Shown: positions 6,170 through 12,896 of the stretch, piece after piece
Layout of the letters: each line of letters opens with the position of its first letter
How positions within the stretch are numbered: position 1 is the stretch's first letter
Program-made: the position numbers and the translations under genes
IMG/VR virus record: IMGVR_UViG_3300042465_003139
From: an uncultured virus (IMG/VR IMGVR_UViG_3300042465_003139)
Taxonomy: Duplodnaviria; Heunggongvirae; Uroviricota; Caudoviricetes
DNA length: 20,000 nt
Strand: one strand, 5' to 3'
Notes under the pieces: generated by a model
What the model was told of the DNA's origin: nothing
The model's input: only the letters and a program-made list of their open reading frames with translations
Database searches by the model: none

Positions 6170-6243
6170 TGGGGGTTAGTTAAATGGTATAACCACGGAT
6201 TTTGATTCCGTTGTCAAAGGTTCGATTCCTTTACCCTCTGCCA
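6170..6243 (+). tRNA. tRNA-Gln(TTG)
   Basis: Loop TTTTGAT, weak 1:72 pair, G73, CCA. Confidence 0.88.
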
Positions 6244-6253
6244 AAAAATTAAT

Positions 6254-6331
6254 GGTGCGATGCCGGAGCGGTCAAACGGCGGAGCCTGCAAAACTCTTGT
6301 ATCGTGAGTTCGAATCTCACTCGCACCTCCA
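6254..6331 (+). tRNA. tRNA-Cys(GCA)
   Basis: Loop CTGCAAA, U73, CCA. Confidence 0.9.
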
Positions 6332-6369
6332 AGATATATAAATGTTATATCAACTAAAAAAATAAACGT

Positions 6370-7113
6370 ATGAAAAAAATAATCGCAACTATACTCATGA
6401 TGTTTTCTATGAGTGCAAATGCAATTACATTTTATGCTTATAACATTACACAACATCAACCAATTGTTGATTCTGAAATTGGCATTGTTCGACCAATTGC
6501 AAGCATTACAAAATTAATGACTGCGATTGTAGTCTTAGAAAGTGGATTGTCATTAAATGAACGAATCTCATACAAAGGAATGTTCTACTCTCATAAGAAA
6601 TTTACTAGAGATGAATTATTGAATCTAATGTTGGTGAAGAGTGATAACAGAGCCGCAGAAGCATTAGCGGAAGGTATGGGTGGTAAGTTGTGGACGGTTT
6701 ATCAAATGAATAAACGCGCAATGGCACTTGGAATGTATGATTCGAATTTTGATGATACTTCTGGTTTGAGTGCAAAGAACACAAGTACCGCAAAAGATTT
6801 GGTTACACTATTGACTTATGTTTATCAAAATGATAAGATACGTGAAATATCTGCACTCAGTAAATATGATCTTACTGTGGTAGATAAAAAGAATAAAGAG
6901 AAACATATACCAGTCAACAATACTAATTTGAAATTGATGACGAAGTATGATATAATTGAAGTGTCAAAAACAGGCACCACTAATGCCGCAGGCAAATGTC
7001 TAGTCATGGTGGTTCACAAAAATGGAGATAGAATTGCTATTGTTATTCTTGGAGGAAAAACAAGAACCGATGTGGATAATTTAGCAAAACGTATCATAGA
7101 GCAAATAATTTAG
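6370..7113 (+). CDS. D-alanyl-D-alanine carboxy/endopeptidase (peptidase S11, PBP7-like), secreted
   Basis: Signal peptide (SANA), SxxK (ASITK), SxN (SDN) and KTG (SKTGTT) motifs. Confidence 0.9.
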   Translation: MKKIIATILMMFSMSANAITFYAYNITQHQPIVDSEIGIVRPIASITKLMTAIVVLESGLSLNERISYKGMFYSHKKFTRDELLNLMLVKSDNRAAEALAEGMGGKLWTVYQMNKRAMALGMYDSNFDDTSGLSAKNTSTAKDLVTLLTYVYQNDKIREISALSKYDLTVVDKKNKEKHIPVNNTNLKLMTKYDIIEVSKTGTTNAAGKCLVMVVHKNGDRIAIVILGGKTRTDVDNLAKRIIEQII

Positions 7114-7186
7114 CCCCTGTAGCATGAAGGTCGTGCAGTTGCCTTGTAAGCATCAGGTCCGTGTTCGATTCACGGTGGGGGCACCA
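7113..7186 (+). tRNA. tRNA-Thr(TGT)
   Basis: Loop CTTGTAA, CCA; G1 is the last base of the upstream TAG stop. Confidence 0.88.
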
Positions 7187-7192
7187 AACAAT

Positions 7193-7267
7193 GCCTTGTT
7201 AACTCAGCGGTAGAGTGTCTCCCTTACAAGGAGAAGGTCGGCAGTTCGATCCTGTCACAAGGTACCA
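7193..7267 (+). tRNA. tRNA-Val(TAC)
   Basis: Loop CTTACAA, CCA. Confidence 0.92.
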
Positions 7268-7293
7268 GTTTCATATAGTATAGGTAATTTAAT

Positions 7294-7728
7294 GTGTTGC
7301 ATCTTATAAGTGATTTAACTGATAAATTTTTTAATTTTCTAAGCGAAGATCCGGTACGTCCCAACATACCTCATGTTGATCGTGTCGGTAGCAATAAAGA
7401 TATCTTTGTTATGCGCGATGAAGACGATAAGGTGCAGGCTATAACTTGTGTGAGTTATCAGAAAACAATTCCAACAAGCGAAGCAGAATTGTTTGAGAAA
7501 ACTGAAAATCCTGAAGTTGCAATTTTCTATACTATATGGAGTTATAAGCCAGGTGCTGGTAGAACATTGATCTTTGATGCAGTATCGTATATAAAAGATA
7601 ACAGAAAAGGCATTGAAAGATTTGTTACTCTCAGTCCTAAAACTGAAATGGCAAAAAGATTTCATATTAAAAATGGTGCTGTAGTCTTCAGAGAAAATGA
7701 AGAAACAGTAAACTATGAATATAAATGA
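7294..7728 (+). CDS. Hypothetical protein, possibly GNAT-like fold
   Basis: EDPVRP, FYTIWSYKPGAGR, VTLSPKTEMAKRFHIKNGA resemble GNAT motifs A and B; GTG start. Confidence 0.7.
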   Translation: MLHLISDLTDKFFNFLSEDPVRPNIPHVDRVGSNKDIFVMRDEDDKVQAITCVSYQKTIPTSEAELFEKTENPEVAIFYTIWSYKPGAGRTLIFDAVSYIKDNRKGIERFVTLSPKTEMAKRFHIKNGAVVFRENEETVNYEYK

Positions 7729-7733
7729 TTAAT

Positions 7734-7811
7734 CCGAGTGTAGCGCAGTCTGGTTAGCGCATCTGGTTTGGGACCAGAGGGTCGGGAGTTCGAATCTCTC
7801 CACTCGGACCA
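7734..7811 (+). tRNA. tRNA-Pro(TGG)
   Basis: C1:G72, loop TTTGGGA, CCA. Confidence 0.93.
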
Positions 7812-7830
7812 ATGTATAAAGGAAACTAAA

Positions 7831-8010
7831 ATGACGCATGAAGCAGGAAAAGGATCGCGACCACGACCTTTTAGCGTTGCCCAAGACGAATATGAAAGAC
7901 GTTGGGATGCAATTTTCAGTCGCGATTTAGACAAAGAAAAAACAAATGAAGATGGAGAAGTTCTTCATGGTAATGTTATTGATCGCGATGAAAAAGTAGA
8001 AGAAGATTAA
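7831..8010 (+). CDS. Small conserved phage protein (GKGSRPRP motif)
   Basis: AAGGA SD, ATG 7831; MTHEAGKGSRPRPFSV...YERRWDAIF. Confidence 0.75.
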   Translation: MTHEAGKGSRPRPFSVAQDEYERRWDAIFSRDLDKEKTNEDGEVLHGNVIDRDEKVEED

Positions 8011-8016
8011 TTCAAT

Positions 8017-8092
8017 GCAGGTAAAGTGTTTACGGTTACACGGCGGTCTTCCAAACCTCAATAGAGGAGTTCGAATCTCCCTACCTGCTCCA
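8017..8092 (+). tRNA. tRNA-Gly(TCC)
   Basis: Loop CTTCCAA, U73, CCA. Confidence 0.88.
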
Positions 8093-8098
8093 CACATT

Positions 8099-8174
8099 GC
8101 GCCCGTAGTCTAACGGATAAGGCAACACTCTTCTAAAGTGTCTTATGGGGGTTCGAGTCCCTCCGGGCGCGCCA
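8099..8174 (+). tRNA. tRNA-Arg(TCT)
   Basis: Loop CTTCTAA, CCA. Confidence 0.92.
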
Positions 8175-8179
8175 ACAAT

Positions 8180-8253
8180 ATCTCGCTGGTGTAATGGCAG
8201 CATACGGGTCTCCAAAACCCTTGGTGGGAGTTCGAGTCTCTCGCGGGATGCCA
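8180..8253 (+). tRNA. tRNA-Trp(CCA)
   Basis: Loop CTCCAAA, G73, CCA. Confidence 0.9.
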
Positions 8254-8273
8254 ATCAATTTTTAACGCAATAT

Positions 8274-8365
8274 GGAAACGTGGCAGAGTCTGGTTTATTG
8301 CAACAGTCTTGAAAACTGTCGAGTCAGAGATGGCTCCGTGAGTTCGAATCTCACCGTTTCCGCCA
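8274..8365 (+). tRNA. tRNA-Ser(TGA)
   Basis: Long variable arm, loop CTTGAAA, G73, CCA. Confidence 0.93.
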
Positions 8366-8370
8366 ACTAC

Positions 8371-8480
8371 ACTCTCTGAGTAACTACACTTGAGAACAGA
8401 AAAACTTGCCAATGTCGGCAAAAGCAAGGACCTGCAAGGAAGTAGGGTTACCGTGGATTCAAGTACCGCAGAGAGTACCA
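8371..8480 (+). ncRNA. CCA-ended tRNA-like RNA (acceptor and T-arm, non-tRNA core)
   Basis: ACTCTCT/AGAGAGT plus ACCA; T-arm-like GTGGA-TTCAAGT-ACCGC; GTAAC/GTTAC stem encloses two hairpins. Confidence 0.65.
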
Positions 8481-8481
8481 C

Positions 8482-8510
8482 TTGACACACCAGAGTTTCT
8501 GGTGTATAAT
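8482..8510 (+). promoter_or_regulatory. Consensus sigma70 promoter of the ncRNA and Ro-like gene unit, with a palindrome in the spacer
   Basis: TTGACA-17 nt-TATAAT; ACACCAGA-gtt-TCTGGTGT at 8487-8505. Confidence 0.8.
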
Positions 8511-8532
8511 ACGTAGTATTGAGAATGAAAAA

Positions 8533-8756
8533 GGGATGATTACAGCAAGTTAAAAACGACTTAACTTACTAGCCGTCTACAATGGAGGGACCACCGTAAG
8601 GTGTATTTTCGTAGACTAGGCAATGAAGCCGAATCAAATAATGACTCTGGAAAGACAGCAAGATAATGGTAACCCATTTGATTTTTCGTGGAGCATACAA
8701 CCGAAAGGTAGCACGATGTTTACAAGTAAAACTACTCGACTAACTCGCTCATCCCG
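8533..8756 (+). ncRNA. CAGCAA-motif RNA copy 2 (long multi-hairpin cargo)
   Basis: GGGATGA/TCATCCC stem, TTACAGCAA; internal GTCTAC/GTAGAC and GGC-AATGAA-GCC hairpins. Confidence 0.65.
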
Positions 8757-8768
8757 TTATATTATTTT

Positions 8769-8882
8769 AGAATAGGTTCAGCAACAAGTTCACGGCTTCA
8801 TTGCCGTATCAAGATGGTCTGGTTCGCCGGACGCCCTGCGTTTCGAGTTTGGCAGGTTAATCTCAAAGTAGAAACTATTCTG
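8769..8882 (+). ncRNA. CAGCAA-motif RNA copy 3
   Basis: AGAATAG/CTATTCT stem, GTTCAGCAA; hairpins ACGGC-TTCATT-GCCGT, GTCTGG-TTCG-CCGGAC and CCTGC/GCAGG. Confidence 0.7.
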
Positions 8883-8901
8883 TTTTAACATGAAAGATTT
8901 T

Positions 8902-9014
8902 AGAATGCATTCAGCAACATAAAGGCAATGAAAGCCTCCTGTTATTGGTTCGAATCCAATATTACGCTTCATGCGTGATTAGCACAATGGTAGTGCAGAG
9001 TAAAAAGCATTCTG
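8902..9014 (+). ncRNA. CAGCAA-motif RNA copy 4: YrlA-like circularly permuted tRNA mimic
   Basis: AGAATGC/GCATTCT stem; T-arm ATTGG-TTCGAAT-CCAAT, loop-closed acceptor ATTACGC-TTCAT-GCGTGAT, D-arm GCAC-AATGGTA-GTGC. Confidence 0.8.
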
Positions 9015-9022
9015 TTGATTTT

Positions 9023-9084
9023 AGGTTAAGTTCAGCAAACATAAAAGCATTCAACTTGTAATTGAAAACGCAAAAATTAACCTG
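9023..9084 (+). ncRNA. CAGCAA-motif RNA copy 5 (cargo: anticodon stem-loop, TGT)
   Basis: AGGTTAA/TTAACCT stem, GTTCAGCAA, TTCAA-CTTGTAA-TTGAA. Confidence 0.7.
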
Positions 9085-9105
9085 TTGTATTAAAGGAGTT
9101 ATACT

Positions 9106-10527
9106 ATGACAACATTTGTAGACGCAGTAGTAAATCAAGAAGCCCGTACCGAGAATGGTATGAAGGCACGTAAATCAACATCTAGTGCAGTTGTTGATTT
9201 GTTCTACAATGCGGGTGCATCCCGCGGTAAGAACATTACATCAGCATTCTCTGCCGCAATGGCTGAGAACCGCGAGTTGGCTCTTCGAATTGCCGCATGG
9301 CTTCGTGATGCCCGCGGTGGTGCTGGTGAACGTCAGTTGTTTCGTGACATTCTAGTGTATCTAGAAAAGAACGATACACAAGCCGCAAAGGCTCTTCTTC
9401 GCAAAGTTCCTGAATTGGGACGTTGGGATGACCTGTTTGTCTTCACAGGCAAAGAAATGAAGGCTGAAGCATTCACTATGCTTGGTGACGCCCTGCGCCA
9501 GCGCAATGGTCTTGCCGCAAAGTGGACTCCACGCCAAGGTAAACTTGCAGTAGAGATTCGTGAGTTCTTCGGAATGTCACCTAAGTTCTATCGTAAGTCT
9601 CTAGTCGAAATGACTAAGGTCGTGGAACAAAACATGTGTGCTAAAGAATGGGATGCTATTAACTTTAGCCATGTGCCTTCTGTTGCGTCAGCACGTTACA
9701 AGAAAGCATTCAATCGCAATACTACAAAGTATTCCGAATATGTTCAATCTCTTGTAAAGGGTGAAGACAAATCAGTAAAGGTAAATGCATCCGTTGCATA
9801 TCCATACGATGTTCTGAAAGGACGCATCGGTCACTATGGAATGACTTTTGACAAGACAGAAATGGACTTGATTCAAAAGCAATGGGAAGCATTGCCTAAC
9901 TATGTTGGTGATGCAAACATTCTACCTCTGGTAGATGTGTCTGGCTCTATGTCTACTTCAGCAGGTAAGAACACAAAGTTGTCTTGCCTAGATGTTGCAG
10001 TCTCTCTGGGACTGTATCTTGCAGACAAGAATACAGGCAAGTTCAAGGATACGTTCCTGACTTTCTCTGCAAAGCCAGAGTTGCTACACCTGAAGGGTAA
10101 CATCAACCAAAAGATTGACCAAATGGTTAAGTCTAAATGGGAGATGAACACTAACCTTCACGCCGCATTCAACAAGATTCTTGATGTTGCGGTGAAAGGC
10201 AACGTGCCACAAGAAGAAATGCCAGAAATGGTATTGATTCTATCTGACATGCAGTTTGATCAATGCGTAAAGCACGATAACTCTGCTATCGAAATGATTG
10301 CGCGTAAGTATGAAGCCGCAGGATATAAAGTACCACAAGTGGTGTTCTGGAACCTGAATGCATCATACGGAAACGCGCCTGTTAAGTTCGACAAGTCTGG
10401 TACTGCGCTAGTATCTGGATTCTCTCCAGCAATTGTGAAGCCACTCCTTTCAGGAGATATTGATAATTTCACACCAGTATCGGTCATGATGACTACAATC
10501 ATGCAAGACCGTTACAAAGTTCTGTAA
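9106..10527 (+). CDS. DUF2828-type TROVE/Ro60-like protein with C-terminal vWA domain
   Basis: AAGGAG SD; TENG, RDARGGAGER, GRWDD and AAKW N-terminal motifs; MIDAS DVSGSM, ILSDMQFD, VVFWNL and LVSGFSP. Confidence 0.85.
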   Translation: MTTFVDAVVNQEARTENGMKARKSTSSAVVDLFYNAGASRGKNITSAFSAAMAENRELALRIAAWLRDARGGAGERQLFRDILVYLEKNDTQAAKALLRKVPELGRWDDLFVFTGKEMKAEAFTMLGDALRQRNGLAAKWTPRQGKLAVEIREFFGMSPKFYRKSLVEMTKVVEQNMCAKEWDAINFSHVPSVASARYKKAFNRNTTKYSEYVQSLVKGEDKSVKVNASVAYPYDVLKGRIGHYGMTFDKTEMDLIQKQWEALPNYVGDANILPLVDVSGSMSTSAGKNTKLSCLDVAVSLGLYLADKNTGKFKDTFLTFSAKPELLHLKGNINQKIDQMVKSKWEMNTNLHAAFNKILDVAVKGNVPQEEMPEMVLILSDMQFDQCVKHDNSAIEMIARKYEAAGYKVPQVVFWNLNASYGNAPVKFDKSGTALVSGFSPAIVKPLLSGDIDNFTPVSVMMTTIMQDRYKVL

Positions 10528-10533
10528 AGAACC

Positions 10534-10609
10534 GCGGGCGTAACTCAGTTGATAGAGTGTCACCTTGCCAAGGTGAATGTCGAGAGTTCGAATCTCTTCG
10601 CCCGCTCCA
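10534..10609 (+). tRNA. tRNA-Gly(GCC)
   Basis: Loop TTGCCAA, U73, CCA. Confidence 0.93.
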
Positions 10610-10615
10610 AATTTT

Positions 10616-10707
10616 GGTGAAGTGCCCGAGAGGCCTAAGGGAGAAGTTTGCTAAACTTTCGATTCACGAAAGTGGGTCCGTGGGTTCGAATCCCACCTTC
10701 ACCGCCA
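10616..10707 (+). tRNA. tRNA-Ser(GCT)
   Basis: Long variable arm, loop TTGCTAA, G73, CCA. Confidence 0.92.
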
Positions 10708-10997
10708 GACCCGTCAGCACCGAACGTGATCGGTGTCGCTTATTCGGTGTTATAGAATCGGGGGCGGTTAACCGTTAAGAAGAGTGCCCATTTTTAGGGA
10801 GTCCGAACCGCTGAGCCGAATTGCAATGGCTAAGGTTACTATAAACGCAATGACAGGGATGACAACTCAAGTAGGGGCGACTTGGTAAGCGTAGCCTACA
10901 AAGTTTTTATCTATAGGCTTCATGAGAAAAAACAATGAAATTTTCTCTACAATAAAGAATACATATTAACATGACATATTAATACATGGAGGCTATA

Positions 10998-11450
10998 ATG
11001 TCAATTACACTAAAAAATTTAGAGAGTGCCTTAGCAGGAGAGTCTATGGCACATATTAAGTATCGATACTTTGCTAAACTAGCAAGAGCAGAGGGCTTTG
11101 AAGAAGTTGCAAAGCATTTTGAACACACCGCAGATCAAGAAATCAAACATGCATGGGGACACCTTGAATTGCTGATTGGTAAGCCTGACACACGCAAATG
11201 TCTTGAAATGGCAATTGAAGGTGAGACTTACGAATTCACAGAAATGTATCCTAAGTTTGAACATCAAGCAAAAGCAGAAGACAACATTGAAGCAGTCAAA
11301 GAATTCAATGAACAAGGGCGCGAATCAAACGAACATGCACAGCAATTTAGAAATGTTCTGGCACTTGCAGAGAAGCGATTTGCGGCTCTGAAGAAAGTTG
11401 AAGAACGTCATGCTACTGCATATCAGAAAATGTTACAGGAGGTTCAATAA
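10998..11450 (+). CDS. rbr: Rubrerythrin (ferritin-like diiron domain)
   Basis: GGAGG SD; NLxxAxAGESxA..KY..FA, EIKH, GETYE and ExxH diiron motifs. Confidence 0.9.
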   Translation: MSITLKNLESALAGESMAHIKYRYFAKLARAEGFEEVAKHFEHTADQEIKHAWGHLELLIGKPDTRKCLEMAIEGETYEFTEMYPKFEHQAKAEDNIEAVKEFNEQGRESNEHAQQFRNVLALAEKRFAALKKVEERHATAYQKMLQEVQ

Positions 11451-11581
11451 TGGATCACATTTGCATTGTTTGTGGACATATTCACGATGAAGAAACAGAA
11501 GGTAAGTGGGAAGATTTGCCTGAAGACTTTCTCTGTCCAGAGTGTGGTGTAGGTAAAGACGAATACGAAACATTAGAATAA
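11450..11581 (+). CDS. Rubredoxin
   Basis: MDHICIVCGHIHDEETEGKWEDLPEDFLCPECGVGKDEYETLE: two CxxCG motifs and WEDLPED; below the ORF track cut-off. Confidence 0.9.
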   Translation: MDHICIVCGHIHDEETEGKWEDLPEDFLCPECGVGKDEYETLE

Positions 11582-11582
11582 T

Positions 11583-12002
11583 ATGATAGACTGTCTGATC
11601 TTGGGTGATAGTATCGCTGTTGGAGTTCATCAACAAAAACAAGAATGTGTTGCCTATGCAAAGGGTGGAATCAACAGTTGGCAATGGAATCGTGATTACT
11701 TAAAAAATAATTTAACTGCTAACACAGTTATAATCAGTTTAGGTAGCAATGATCACAAGTATATTCACACAGAAGCCGAACTAGTGAAGATGCGCGAAAA
11801 AGTAAAAGGAAACCGCGTGTTTTGGATTTTACCAGCAGGCAATCTCAAAGCCAGTGAAGTTAATATAAACTATCTTCAGTTGACTGTAAAAGAAATTGCC
11901 AATAAGTATGGCGATGTTGTGTTACCAATTACACGATTACAAAAAGATGGTATTCATCCAAGTTGGGCTGGCTACAAAGAACTAGCAGAAAAAACAAAGT
12001 AA
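11583..12002 (+). CDS. SGNH/GDSL-like hydrolase
   Basis: GDS, GSND and DGIHP blocks. Confidence 0.8.
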   Translation: MIDCLILGDSIAVGVHQQKQECVAYAKGGINSWQWNRDYLKNNLTANTVIISLGSNDHKYIHTEAELVKMREKVKGNRVFWILPAGNLKASEVNINYLQLTVKEIANKYGDVVLPITRLQKDGIHPSWAGYKELAEKTK

Positions 12003-12008
12003 TAAAAC

Positions 12009-12099
12009 GCCTCGGTAGTTTAATGGTAAAACAGCGGATTTATACCCCGTAGCGCCAGATAAGCGGCTGATAAGAGTTCGATTCTCTTCCGAGGCACCA
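12009..12099 (+). tRNA. Atypical tRNA with TAT anticodon and long variable arm
   Basis: GCCTCGG/CCGAGGC, loop TTTATAC, 21-nt variable region, canonical T-arm, ACCA. Confidence 0.75.
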
Positions 12100-12100
12100 A

Positions 12101-12184
12101 GCCGCCATGGTGGAATAGGTAGACACAGGAGACTTAAAATCTCCCGCCTTGTGCGTCCCGGTTCGAGTCCGGGTGGCGGCACCA
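12101..12184 (+). tRNA. tRNA-Leu(TAA)
   Basis: Loop CTTAAAA, variable arm, A73, CCA. Confidence 0.93.
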
Positions 12185-12253
12185 TATATAAAGGTAACTT
12201 GACAGGCAAGTTTTTACGTGAGATAATAGTCATACTAACCCTGAAAGATACCT

Positions 12254-12733
12254 ATGAAGTTCAATCTTGATGAAGTGAAAGAATTTATCGCAAATCAATC
12301 ACCAGAAACGAAAATCTATATCGGATGCGATTCCGAAAGATTTCGTATTGGTACTGATTGGTATGCAGATTACATTCTAGCAATTGTTGTCCACATCAAT
12401 GGAAACAACGGATGCAAATTGTTTGGTGAAGTTCAACGCGAACGAGACTATGATCAAAAGGTCAATCGTCCACGTTTTCGTTTGATGAATGAAGCATACA
12501 AATTGTCTGAATTGTATTTAAAACTTGCCGATGTGCTAGAAGATCGTTTGGTTGAAGTTCATTTGGATATCAACCCTAACGAAAACTACGGTTCATCTTG
12601 TGTGGTGCAAGAAGCAATTGGATACATTCGTGGTACTTGCAATGTAATTCCTATGGTTAAACCTAGAGCGTTTGCCGCATCATATGCCGCAGACAGACTC
12701 AAGGGATTAAATTTGGGGCTGAAAGTTGCTTGA
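12254..12733 (+). CDS. RNase H-like (YkuK/DUF458-type) protein
   Basis: IYIGCDS, RLMNEA, EVHLDIN and AASYAAD motifs. Confidence 0.8.
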   Translation: MKFNLDEVKEFIANQSPETKIYIGCDSERFRIGTDWYADYILAIVVHINGNNGCKLFGEVQRERDYDQKVNRPRFRLMNEAYKLSELYLKLADVLEDRLVEVHLDINPNENYGSSCVVQEAIGYIRGTCNVIPMVKPRAFAASYAADRLKGLNLGLKVA

Positions 12734-12758
12734 GTTAATTCAGTACCGTGATGCGGGA

Positions 12759-12896
12759 ATGAGTACCTACACCTATTTCTATATTCATTCAGAAAAAGGT
12801 GTGATACTCAGCCCTTACTTTGATAATGAGGATGATGCTAAATTATGGTTACAAGAACAATTGCAAAAACTACGTTCGCAATTACACTCGCAGTAA
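12759..12896 (+). CDS. Small hypothetical protein
   Basis: MSTYTYFYIHSEKGVILSPYFDNEDDAKLWLQEQ...; may start at TTG 12726; overlaps the next gene by 52 nt. Confidence 0.45.
   Translation: MSTYTYFYIHSEKGVILSPYFDNEDDAKLWLQEQLQKLRSQLHSQ

Noticed and set aside
4615..6459. ORFs 4615-4845, 5171-5362, 5378-5569, 5617-5940, 5765-5998 and 6214-6459
   Set aside because: They overlap tRNA or ncRNA genes and are shadow ORFs.
8371..8480. tmRNA
   Set aside because: Too short, no G3:U70 Ala identity and no tag reading frame seen.
8533..9084. CRISPR array interpretation of the TTCAGCAA repeats
   Set aside because: Repeats are short and degenerate, inserts range from about 35 to 200 nt and are structured, and no cas gene is present in the window.
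10905..10955. OxyR/LysR-type site upstream of rubrerythrin
   Set aside because: Only a loose ATAG/AT-rich resemblance; cannot be distinguished from background by eye.
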